Assembly (NCBI GenBank): GCA_964016885.1
Contig: OZ024746.1
Span: forward strand, 63,116,001 to 63,180,000
DNA from: Eledone cirrhosa
Lineage: Eukaryota
Reading direction: 5' to 3'
Length of the DNA: 64,000 bases
Shown: positions 63,912 to 64,000 of the stretch, piece by piece
Layout: each line of letters begins with the position of its first letter
Numbering within the stretch: position 1 is the first letter of the stretch
Translations under genes and position numbers: made by a program
Notes under the pieces: generated by a model
Databases searched by the model: none
What the model was told of the DNA's origin: nothing
The model's input: only the letters and a program-made list of their open reading frames with translations

Positions 63912-64000
63912 ATTATTAACTGCACACTAGAAAATACCCTAAGTCGGCCTCGAACCCGGAGACTCATCAGGCCCGTGTTTAACCCGGTTCCCGTGATCTT

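Noticed and set aside
63935-64000. CTGATGAG plus hairpin on the minus strand as a hammerhead
   Set aside because: The hairpin is followed by CGAC rather than GAAA and no stem III or stem I is evident; truncated by the window edge

Overview
AT-rich, microsatellite-laden animal genomic DNA with no intact protein-coding gene. The SINE and LINE families resemble those of octopods, so the source is probably a cephalopod (inference). About 50.6 kb (6635-57239) is a tandem array of a single tRNA isoacceptor, tRNA-Arg(UCG). I count 71 near-full-length copies plus two 5' fragments: 18 match one consensus exactly, 5 differ only by A7G, and the rest are point variants or recurrent degenerate subfamilies. 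The array follows a ~3.9 kb six-tRNA higher-order unit and contains recent 4482 bp and 1630 bp duplications. Its central ~39 kb block is inverted relative to both flanks. One structurally intact copy (53082-53153, minus strand) has anticodon UCA, making it a candidate natural opal (UGA) suppressor. The flanks hold a Tx1/L1-like LINE 3' end, a CRE-like retrotransposon fragment co-amplified with the array, many tRNA-derived SINEs and an internally deleted Tc1/mariner. Three fold-back elements sit in (TA)n tracts, and one encodes a complete type I hammerhead ribozyme (59930-60000, minus strand). All coordinates and counts were read by eye, and transposon boundaries are approximate.
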